32,000 bases of DNA from Nostoc punctiforme PCC 73102 (GTDB taxonomy: Bacteria; Cyanobacteriota; Cyanobacteriia; Cyanobacteriales; Nostocaceae). The notes beneath the pieces were generated by a model. It worked only from the letters and a program-made list of their open reading frames with translations. It made no database searches and was not told the origin of the DNA. The stretch is taken from assembly GCF_000020025.1 (NCBI RefSeq), contig NC_010628.1, positions 4,440,001 through 4,472,000 of the forward strand, given 5' to 3'. Positions 6,873-14,734 of the stretch are shown here, one piece after another (positions within the stretch are counted from its first letter, which is position 1; each line of letters opens with the position of its first letter). Made by a program: the position numbers and the translations under genes.

Positions 6873-8927
6873 ATGCAGATGGAACCCAAAGTAAACATCC
6901 TTCTAGTGGATGATAAACTAGAAAATTTGCTAGCACTAGAAGCAATCCTGGAAAAACTGGGAGAGAATTTGGTGAGAGCGACTTCTGGCGAAGAAGCTTT
7001 GAGGTGTCTGCTACATCAAGACTTCGCAGTGATTTTGCTAGATGTCCAAATGCCAGGGATGGATGGCTTTGAAACTGCAACCTTGATTCGTAATCGGGGG
7101 CGATCGCGTCACACTCCAATTATCTTTCTCACTGCCTTCAGCACCAGCGACCAAATGCTATTTAAAGGCTATGCCTTGGGTGCAGTTGATTATTTGCTCA
7201 AACCATTAGACCCCAATATTTTGACTTCTAAAGTCACAGTATTTGTAGAACTATTTAAGAAAACAGAAGCTATCAAGCAACAAGCAGCGCAGTTGGTAGC
7301 CATGAATGCGGAACTCAGGCAAAGTGAAGAACGATTGCGATCGCTAAGTACCTGTTCACCCGTCGGCATTTTTGAAATTGATACTGAAGGAGGATGTAGA
7401 TATACTAATCCTCGCTATCAAATAATTTGTGGTTTGAAGGCGACAGAGAGTTTAGAAAAAAGCTGGCTAGAATCTGTTCATCCAGAAGATAGAGAACGAG
7501 CAGTTGCTAGTTGGTCTAACTACATTTGTGAGGGTCGTGACTACTCTGAAGAGTTTCGCTTTCAAACTGCTCAAGGCATCATTCGTTGGGTTCAGGTTCG
7601 CTCATCACCAATGCTTTCCGGTCAAGGGGAATTGCTGGGATATGTAGGCACTCTCGAAGATATTACTGAACGCAAGCAAGCAGAAGAAGTCCGCGCTCAA
7701 GTAATTAGAGAACAGACCGCAAGGCAAGAAGCAGAAGCAGCAAATCGGATGAAAGATGAGTTTCTTGCCGTTCTCTCCCACGAACTTCGTACACCTCTCA
7801 CCTCGATGCTGGGTTGGTCAAAAATTCTCCGCTCTAAGAAACTTGACGACAAAGCCACTTCCCGCGCCCTAGAGGCCATTGAACGCAATGCTATATCTCA
7901 GATGCAACTAATTGAGGATATCTTAGATGTATCTCGGATTATCCGTGGACAGTTGCGATTAAACGTCTCTGCGGTGAATCTCATCTCAGTGATGGAGGCA
8001 GCTTTAGAAGCAGTGCGTCCGCTAGCAGAGCCAAAAGAGATTCAATTAAATACTGTCTTAGATACTTCAGTCGGTTCAGTTTATGGCGATCCAGCGCGGT
8101 TACAGCAAATAGTATGGAATCTCTTAACTAATGCCATTAAGTTTACCCCCAAGGGCGGCAGAGTCGAAGTGAATCTGTCAATAGTCTATGGTGAAGAACA
8201 ACAAACAACTCAAAAATATGCCCAAATTCAAGTTATCGATACGGGTATAGGCATCAGTTCTGAGTTCTTACCGAAAGTATTTGAGCGTTTCCGACAAGCA
8301 GACAGCACCACAACGCGATCGCACAATGGACTAGGGCTAGGACTAGCGATCGTCCGTCATTTAGTGGAACTGCATAAAGGTACAATATTTGCCCAAAGTC
8401 CAGGTAGTGGACAGGGAGCAACCTTTACTGTGAGACTACCACTGCTACAAGACAATAGAGGGAATAGAGGGAATAGGGAAAATAGAGAAGCCGCAGAAGG
8501 AATTTCTTCCTCTGTGGCATCGACACCGCTTGCTGGATTAAAAGTTTTAGTTGTAGATGACGAAGCAGATACCCGTAACTTTCTCAGTTTTATGTTTGAA
8601 GAGTATGGAGCGATCGCCACTGCGGTAGCATCAGTTGATGAAGCATTAGCAGTACTTGAGCAAGCAAAAGCAGATATCCTGATTAGCGACATCGGTATGT
8701 CGGAGCAAGATGGTTATACACTAATTCGGAAACTGCGCTCTTTAGAACCAGAAAAAGGTGGATGTATGCCAGCGATCGCTTTAACAGCGTACACGCGAGA
8801 AGAAGACCGCTTAGAAGCGCTTGCAGCAGGGTTTCAGCAGCATTTATCTAAGCCAATAGACCCCACTAAATTGATTGCTATGGTTGCCAGTGTATTAAAG
8901 CTATCTGTTCAAGTTCCAGTAAGTTGA
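6873..8927 (+). CDS. hybrid sensor histidine kinase, REC-PAS-HisKA-HATPase-REC
   Basis: N-terminal receiver (ILLVDD...DVQMPGMDG...KP). PAS region followed by coiled TERKQAEE. H-box LSHELRTPL. G-boxes DTGIGIS and GLGLGLAIV. C-terminal receiver (VLVVDDE...SDIGMSEQDG...SKP). Confidence 0.95.
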   Translation: MQMEPKVNILLVDDKLENLLALEAILEKLGENLVRATSGEEALRCLLHQDFAVILLDVQMPGMDGFETATLIRNRGRSRHTPIIFLTAFSTSDQMLFKGYALGAVDYLLKPLDPNILTSKVTVFVELFKKTEAIKQQAAQLVAMNAELRQSEERLRSLSTCSPVGIFEIDTEGGCRYTNPRYQIICGLKATESLEKSWLESVHPEDRERAVASWSNYICEGRDYSEEFRFQTAQGIIRWVQVRSSPMLSGQGELLGYVGTLEDITERKQAEEVRAQVIREQTARQEAEAANRMKDEFLAVLSHELRTPLTSMLGWSKILRSKKLDDKATSRALEAIERNAISQMQLIEDILDVSRIIRGQLRLNVSAVNLISVMEAALEAVRPLAEPKEIQLNTVLDTSVGSVYGDPARLQQIVWNLLTNAIKFTPKGGRVEVNLSIVYGEEQQTTQKYAQIQVIDTGIGISSEFLPKVFERFRQADSTTTRSHNGLGLGLAIVRHLVELHKGTIFAQSPGSGQGATFTVRLPLLQDNRGNRGNRENREAAEGISSSVASTPLAGLKVLVVDDEADTRNFLSFMFEEYGAIATAVASVDEALAVLEQAKADILISDIGMSEQDGYTLIRKLRSLEPEKGGCMPAIALTAYTREEDRLEALAAGFQQHLSKPIDPTKLIAMVASVLKLSVQVPVS
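8454..8490 (+). repeat. in-frame short tandem repeat (AATAGAGGG-like) encoding NRGNRGNRENRE in the kinase-receiver linker
   Basis: AATAGAGGG at 8454-8462 and 8463-8471, then degenerate AATAGGGA / AAATAGAGA. It lies between the HATPase and REC domains. Confidence 0.8.
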
Positions 8928-8989
8928 TTTTGACTGGGAAATGGGAGAAAATTCAAAATTAAAGAACTTCTGCCTCCTCTTTGCCCCCA

Positions 8990-9361
8990 TCAAGAGGAAA
9001 CTACGGCATTCTTTCTCAGTTCGTCTAAAGAAACCACTTCCAAAGCTCTAGCATGGGTTGCAGAGAGAATGACAGGTGGAGCAACACCTGCTTCGAGAGC
9101 TTCTTGCCAGCGAGAAGCACACAAACACCAGCGATCGCCAGGCTTCAATCCAGGAAAATTAAAATCAGGAACAGGTGTGCTTAAGTCGTTCCCCCGCAAT
9201 TTCGTGAACTCTAGGAATTCTACGGTCACTTCGGCACATACGACGTGCGACCCAAAATCCTGACCACCTGTGCGACAAAAACCATCGCGGTAAAACCCAG
9301 TCATGGGAGAAGTACAGCAGGCTTCTAGGTTTCCACCAATTACATTTTTAGCTTCTATCAT
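8990..9361 (-). CDS. DUF2237 family protein
   Basis: 123 aa. Typical DUF2237 pattern GGNLEACCTSPMTGFYRDGFC ... GDRWCLCASRW. Confidence 0.8.
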   Translation of the reverse strand: MIEAKNVIGGNLEACCTSPMTGFYRDGFCRTGGQDFGSHVVCAEVTVEFLEFTKLRGNDLSTPVPDFNFPGLKPGDRWCLCASRWQEALEAGVAPPVILSATHARALEVVSLDELRKNAVVSS

Positions 9362-9646
9362 CGTTAATTTATTGCACTTAATTTTTCACTCTGATATAAG
9401 CCTATATTGACACTTTCCTTGTTAAATAAAAATCGCTATCCCTAATTAATTCAGAAAAGCAGGGAATTCTATAACTACTACTCATAACCAAGTTGTCAAT
9501 CTTACGGTTATTAAGAATAGAGCAATATCCCAGTAGAATCTCTAGGCGCAGACATAATTGTCATTGTGGTAATTAAAGTTCTACTAAGTTATAAAGGTTT
9601 GATGTACTACTCAAAAGCCCTATCTTTAATCAGATTTTTATTGCTC

Positions 9647-9704
9647 TTTGCGATCGCCTACGGCTGGCGGGTACGCCATCGCGCTTGCTAAACCTAGTAA
9701 CAAG
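9647..9704 (+). repeat. dispersed repeat copy A (HIP1 + GGCGGGTACGCCATCGC core + CTAAAC-tail)
   Basis: Shares a 17-bp identical core (9666-9682) and flanking similarity with 10691-10751, in the same orientation. Confidence 0.75.
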
Positions 9705-9990
9705 TATCTTTTTACCGAAAGTCTACTGCGATTGGGGGTAAAGCGAAAAACCCAATTATTAAGTATAAATTACTAAATTAGTTATGCTCGTAATACTTAA
9801 AAATAGTAATTAACTTTATCTAAATTTGAAATTAATTCAGCTAAACTACTCTAGATTTTTTGAAAAGCTTTAGCTTATAAAACATAGTAGTAGTAGGAAT
9901 TGGATTGAGCCAGGATAAATGTCAGAATTGATTCAAATTTTATTCCTTTAATTTTTACCCATAATTTTTTGGCTTTCAGGAGTTCAAATC

Positions 9991-10659
9991 ATGCCGAAGC
10001 TAAGATTACAATCATTCTTTTACTCAGGAATTTTATTGTTAAGTACAAGTATCCCAAGTGCAGCACAATTCCAACCGTTGCTGATTTTTAATGCTCCGCC
10101 AACACCAGTTAATGGAAATGGCTATGATATAACTTCTGACATAATGGCAGATGATTTTTCATTTCCCCAAAATGTTACCTTACAAACAGTTAGTTTTTGG
10201 ACTACAGACCAAAACAATTTAAGCGGATGGGATGGTACTCTTAAATACTACATCTTTGCTGACATAAATGGTAAACCTAGTTCGGTTCCTTTATACCAGG
10301 CAAATGTTTTCAATGTAAGTGTGAAAGATACTGGTAAAAAAGTTCTACAGACATTTACAGAAAATCAATTTAGTTTCACTTTTCCTACTCCAGTTAAATT
10401 AAAGGGTAATACAAAATATTGGTTAGGTATTCATCTGAATAATACCTATGTTATGAAACATATCTTTTGGGAAACTACAGATCAAGCTTTTGGCATACCA
10501 TCATATTCTGCTTATCAAGGAAATTTGAATAATTGGCTGCTTAATTATAATAGCAATCTAGCATTTAAAATCAACGCTATACCTACTCAGGAAAGGGTAG
10601 CGCTGAGGAAACAATCTGCTAGCAATAGTCAGGAATTATTGGTTTTCTCAACTAAATAA
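9991..10659 (+). CDS. secreted hypothetical protein (signal peptide, beta-rich, Asn/Thr-rich)
   Basis: ATG at 9991 is preceded by CAGGAG. The N-terminus MPKLRLQSFFYSGILLLSTSIPSAAQ looks like a signal peptide. Codon usage is very AT-rich compared with neighbours. Family not recognised. Confidence 0.6.
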   Translation: MPKLRLQSFFYSGILLLSTSIPSAAQFQPLLIFNAPPTPVNGNGYDITSDIMADDFSFPQNVTLQTVSFWTTDQNNLSGWDGTLKYYIFADINGKPSSVPLYQANVFNVSVKDTGKKVLQTFTENQFSFTFPTPVKLKGNTKYWLGIHLNNTYVMKHIFWETTDQAFGIPSYSAYQGNLNNWLLNYNSNLAFKINAIPTQERVALRKQSASNSQELLVFSTK

Positions 10660-10690
10660 AACTTGTCAGCAACCAATTTAATCATCACCC

Positions 10691-10751
10691 ATTTGCGATC
10701 GTTCTTAATACGGGCGGGTACGCCATCGCCCTTCCTAAACTTGGTAATAGG
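10691..10751 (+). repeat. dispersed repeat copy B (partner of 9647-9704)
   Basis: Core GGCGGGTACGCCATCGC at 10713-10729. Flanks TTTGCGATCG... and ...CTAAACTTGGTAA parallel copy A. Confidence 0.75.
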
Positions 10752-10836
10752 TTTACTGCTGAAATTATAATCCGCCGAGGATCACTCAAGATTCCCACTC
10801 AAGGTATAAGTAAAACAAATCCATGCAGGATATAAG

Positions 10837-10867
10837 CCGCATTCTCAGGTGGAATCGCGGTTTTTTT
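10837..10867 (+). terminator. intrinsic terminator-like hairpin + T7
   Basis: Stem CCGCATT / AAT(C)GCGG with a 9-nt loop, followed by TTTTTTT (10861-10867). About 180 nt downstream of the 9991..10659 ORF. Confidence 0.6.
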
Positions 10868-11150
10868 ATTGATAAGTTTCCCTTAATTACTGTGGTTGTG
10901 AGCGGGCTTGTATCAAGTAAGTACACAACTGCAAGGGTTGTGCGTATTATGTGACAAAATGAGGATTTTGACCAATGGAGGATCAAAGCAATACAAACGC
11001 GGCAAGACACAAGCGTTTGTGGAAGATATTGCAAGGAAGATGAGTTGTACTTTCCTGAAACCATAGAGTGTGGCTTATCTACACCTTGCAAGATTTCAGG
11101 AAGCGAAAATTTTTTTTAGAGTTCCACAATTACTAAAGTGAAGTTCCAAT

Positions 11151-11176
11151 AAAAACCCCTGGTAGTTAGCCAGGGG
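11151..11176 (-). terminator. strong minus-strand intrinsic terminator (possible 3' end of an unannotated sRNA)
   Basis: Minus strand reads CCCCTGG-CTAACTA-CCAGGGG followed by TTTTTATT. On the plus strand no U-tract follows. There is no credible CDS upstream on the minus strand. Confidence 0.6.
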
Positions 11177-11268
11177 TAATGCAAGTCAGTACTTTTTCGC
11201 ATGGAATGTATCCTACTCAAATACCATAGCAACGGCCTAATTTATAGATATGCCATTTTGCCAAACAG

Positions 11269-11306
11269 AAAAAGCCCCCAGTGGTAAGCCGAGGGTTAAT
11301 TTTTTT
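11269..11306. terminator. terminator-like hairpin, better on the minus strand (G-U pairs) with U-tracts on both sides
   Basis: Minus strand: CCCUCGG-CUUACCA-CUGGGGG then CUUUUUC. On the plus strand the hairpin has C-A mismatches but is followed by TTAATTTTTTT. Confidence 0.45.
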
Positions 11307-11424
11307 GGAATAGCGGTAATCTACAAAGCTATTATTCCCAGATCAATAGGCAATACAATCAGAATTTCTACATAATATCTAGTTGCTTACTTTTAAATAA
11401 GCAAAGCTGATGAGTTTCATCAGG

Positions 11425-11453
11425 TTTACAAAAGCGAGATAGTTGATTAAAAA
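11425..11453 (+). promoter_or_regulatory. candidate psbA promoter (TTTACA -17 nt- TAAAAA)
   Basis: -35-like TTTACA at 11425-11430, a 17-nt spacer, then -10-like TAAAAA at 11448-11453, about 80 nt before the psbA ATG. A perfect inverted repeat CTGATGA-GTT-TCATCAG (11407-11423) abuts the -35. The TSS was not determined. Confidence 0.4.
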
Positions 11454-11533
11454 ATGTAAAGCATTGTAAAGTGTATTCACAGGCAAAGACAAACGAGCCT
11501 GATTCATAAATCACTAACCGCACTTATAAAACA

Positions 11534-12616
11534 ATGACAACAACCTTACAACAGCGCTCAAGCGCCAACGTATGGGATAGATTCTGTGAGTGGATCACCA
11601 GCACCAACAACCGGATTTACATCGGTTGGTTCGGCGTAGTCATGATCCCCACCTTACTAGCCGCAACTGCTTGCTTCGTAATCGCCTTCATCGCCGCACC
11701 TCCAGTAGACATTGATGGTATCCGCGAACCAGTAGCAGGTTCCTTGATTTACGGAAATAACATCATCTCCGGTGCAGTAGTACCTTCCTCCAACGCTATC
11801 GGCTTGCACTTCTACCCAATTTGGGAAGCAGCATCCTTAGATGAGTGGTTGTACAACGGTGGTCCTTACCAATTGGTAATTTTCCACTTCCTGATTGGCG
11901 TATTCTGCTACTTAGGTCGTGAATGGGAACTATCCTACCGCTTAGGTATGCGTCCTTGGATTGCGATCGCATATTCTGCTCCAGTAGCAGCAGCAACCGC
12001 AGTATTCTTGGTATACCCCATCGGACAAGGTTCGTTCTCTGATGGTATGCCTTTAGGAATCTCAGGAACATTCAACTTCATGATCGTGTTCCAAGCAGAA
12101 CACAACATCTTGATGCACCCCTTCCACCAACTAGGTGTAGCTGGTGTATTCGGTGGAAGCTTGTTCTCTGCAATGCACGGAAGTCTAGTAACTTCTTCAC
12201 TAGTTCGTGAAACCACCGAAACCGAGTCCCTTAACTACGGTTACAAATTCGGTCAAGAAGAAGAAACCTACAACATCGTTGCAGCTCACGGCTACTTCGG
12301 TCGTCTAATCTTCCAATACGCTTCTTTCAACAACAGCCGTTCACTGCACTTCTTCCTCGCAGCATGGCCTGTAATCGGCATCTGGTTCACCGCCTTGGGT
12401 GTAAGCACAATGGCGTTCAACTTGAACGGTTTCAACTTCAACCAATCAATCATTGACTCTGAAGGTCGTGTGATTGCAACTTGGGCGGATGTAATCAACC
12501 GCGCTAACCTCGGTATGGAAGTAATGCACGAGCGTAACGCTCACAACTTCCCTCTAGATTTGGCATCTGCACAATCTGCTCCTGTTGCTCTTTCTGCTCC
12601 TGCTATCAACGGTTAA
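11534..12616 (+). CDS. psbA: photosystem II reaction centre protein D1
   Basis: 360 aa and unmistakably D1. Y161, D170, H190, H332, E333, H337, D342 and A344 are all present, with a 16-aa C-terminal extension. E130 indicates a D1:2 / high-light type isoform. Confidence 0.99.
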   Translation: MTTTLQQRSSANVWDRFCEWITSTNNRIYIGWFGVVMIPTLLAATACFVIAFIAAPPVDIDGIREPVAGSLIYGNNIISGAVVPSSNAIGLHFYPIWEAASLDEWLYNGGPYQLVIFHFLIGVFCYLGREWELSYRLGMRPWIAIAYSAPVAAATAVFLVYPIGQGSFSDGMPLGISGTFNFMIVFQAEHNILMHPFHQLGVAGVFGGSLFSAMHGSLVTSSLVRETTETESLNYGYKFGQEEETYNIVAAHGYFGRLIFQYASFNNSRSLHFFLAAWPVIGIWFTALGVSTMAFNLNGFNFNQSIIDSEGRVIATWADVINRANLGMEVMHERNAHNFPLDLASAQSAPVALSAPAING

Positions 12617-12650
12617 TTTTCAAACATTAACTCTATTAGCTAAATAATAA

Positions 12651-12682
12651 AGCGCCCTCCCAGCTCGCGAGGGCGCTTTATT
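12651..12682 (+). terminator. psbA intrinsic terminator
   Basis: Stem GCGCCCTC (12652-12659) / GAGGGCGC (12669-12676), followed by TTTATT. About 35 nt after the stop codon. Confidence 0.8.
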
Positions 12683-12889
12683 ACTTATATGTATTCTTCT
12701 TGTTTCGCTTTCTGAGTATTATGAGTAAAAAAAGATAAAGGTCTAAATAATCTTCGCTGAATTGCCCTTACATTTCGTACTTAATGCGTCATAGCATTTC
12801 TTTGTGAGGCTGCACCAAACCCTTTTAACTTCTTTCTTTGTGTCCTTTACGTCCTTTGCGGTTCGTTTCTCTTTCTTCTGTCTTGTACT

Positions 12890-14629
12890 TAGGGCTTGCT
12901 GAAAAAAAAGAAAAGGTTGCAGTCTCTAGATTCTCAGACCAAAGAAGTATATTCAGGTGCAAGACAAGAAGGTAAAATAGCCCAAAATCCTTGCATCACA
13001 GTGGTTCGTCGCAGCATAGTGTATCATTATTAACTATGTACTGAAAAGAAGAATCAACTCCAATTCCAGCAGAAAGTTTTGAGCTTCCATTTGAGGGAAA
13101 GTTATCATCAGATAATCGTTGGGTAATTATGGCCGATTTAATACCCTGGACAGAATTTGAGTCGGAATATTCTGCCGGATTCTCCGCAGAGATAGGGGCA
13201 CCAGCAAAGTCATTTCGGATGGCGTTAGGTGCATTAATAATTAAAGAGAAACTAGGTATAAGCGACAGGGAAACAGTAGAGCAAATCAAGGAGAATCTTA
13301 TTTACAGTACTTTATAGGGATGTCATCTTATAGTAACAAAACTCCATTTGACGCATCCATGTTAGTACATTTTCGAGAAAGAATCAGTGCAGAACTAGTC
13401 AATAATGTGAATCAAGAAATGGTTAAGAAGATGCTAGAGTTAGCATCTTCTATTGACACCGAAAAAAAAACAGAAGACGCTCGCGAACTCGCTAACGCTG
13501 CGCTATCGACAGAAAAAGCAGCAGAACAAGGTAATACGCTAAGAAATCGAGGGAAATTAATATTAGATGCGACTTGTGTGCCTAGTGATATCAGCTATCC
13601 AACAGATTTAAACCTATTAAATCAAGCGAGAAAACAGACAGAAAGAATAATTGACTTGCTTTATGAACAGATAAAGGGAATATTAGAGAAAAAACCAAGG
13701 ACTTACCGAGAAATAGCTAGGAAAGACTACTTAGAAGTAGCTAAAAAACGTCGTGTATCTCAAAAAGAGAGGAGAAAAGCGGTTAAAAAACAACTCCAAT
13801 ATATTAAAAGAAACTTATCCTATATTGACCAGCTAATTGTAGCAGGAGCATCTCTAAAAAGTTTAACTAATAGACAATATAAGATGTTGCTGGTAGTCGC
13901 AGAAGTATATCGTCAACAACTATGGCTGTATGAAAATAAAAAGCAGAGCATTGATGACCGTATTGTAAGTTTAAGCCAACCACATATCCGTCCAATTGTC
14001 CGAGGAAAAGCGGGTAAAGCCGTGGAATTTGGCGCTAAACTATCTGCTAGTTACTTTGATGGATATGCATTTTTAGACCATATTAGATGGGATAACTTTA
14101 ATGAATCAGGAGACTTAAAAACACAAATAGAATCCTTTAAAAACTACACTGGATATTATCCAGAATCTGTTCATGTTGATAAAATTTATCGCAAAGCGAG
14201 AAAACCGATCTTGGTGCAAAGAAAGAGGTATTAGAATCAGTGGAGTTCCTTTAGGAAGACCGCCAAAAAATGTGAGTAAAGAAAAAAAGAAGCAAGCTTT
14301 ACAAGATGAGAGGATTCGTAATTGTATTGAAGGCAAATTTGGACAAGCTAAAAGAAGATTTAGCTTGAGTAGAGTAATGGCGAAACTTCCTCATACAACT
14401 CTAACTGTGATTGCTATTACTTTTTTAGTCATGAATCTTTCTACTCACCTGTCACGGTTTTTTTGTGCCTTTTTATGTCTATTTTGGAAAAATAGACATT
14501 TTTTAGCGATTGACATAACCAAGCATTATGATTTTGCTAGCTATAGGCAACAAAAACTTATCTTTGACCTTGCTTAAATAACTAGTCACCCAAAAGAATG
14601 CTTTTTTATGACTTTTTCAGCAAGCCCTA
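12890..14629 (+). mobile_element. IS5/IS1182-like insertion sequence, decayed
   Basis: 17-bp perfect terminal inverted repeats TAGGGCTTGCTGAAAAA at 12890-12906 and 14613-14629. It encloses a fragmented DDE transposase reading frame. ACTTA occurs next to both ends (12887-12891, 14629-14633) but is offset by 1 nt, so the target-site duplication is uncertain. Confidence 0.8.
13036..14577 (+). pseudogene. IS5/IS1182-family transposase pseudogene (one nonsense and two frameshift lesions)
   Basis: The frame opens ATG TAC TGA (stop at 13042-13044) and then continues as ...PAESFELPFEGKLSSDNRWVIMADLIPW. There is a frameshift near 13297 (GAGAATC-TTATTTACAGTACTTT should read ENPYLQYF) and a second near 14193-14195 (extra A in CGCAAAGCG). 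The track splits it into 13129..13317, 13320..14234 and 14173..14577. Confidence 0.8.
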
Positions 14630-14734
14630 CTTAAATATGGTTTAGCGTATCTTTATACAGAAATGGTATAAGTCCTAATTGCAAAAAAGGGTATACAGGA
14701 GCTAGCAAGAATTTTTCCCAATGCCCAATTCTGT

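Noticed and set aside
10786-11091. 101-aa minus-strand ORF upstream of psbA
   Set aside because: It has no Shine-Dalgarno sequence and an odd composition. It would begin directly downstream of a strong minus-strand terminator and run across a plus-strand terminator. No family resemblance.
11534-12616. psbA as a divergent (rogue or low-oxygen) D1 isoform
   Set aside because: All cluster ligands and standard residues (G80, F158, T286) are present, so this is a canonical D1.
13036-14577. Programmed ribosomal frameshifting in the IS5/IS1182-like transposase
   Set aside because: No slippery heptamer is present at either shift site. There is an additional TGA at codon 3, and the two shifts look like simple 1-nt indels. 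Decay is the simpler explanation.
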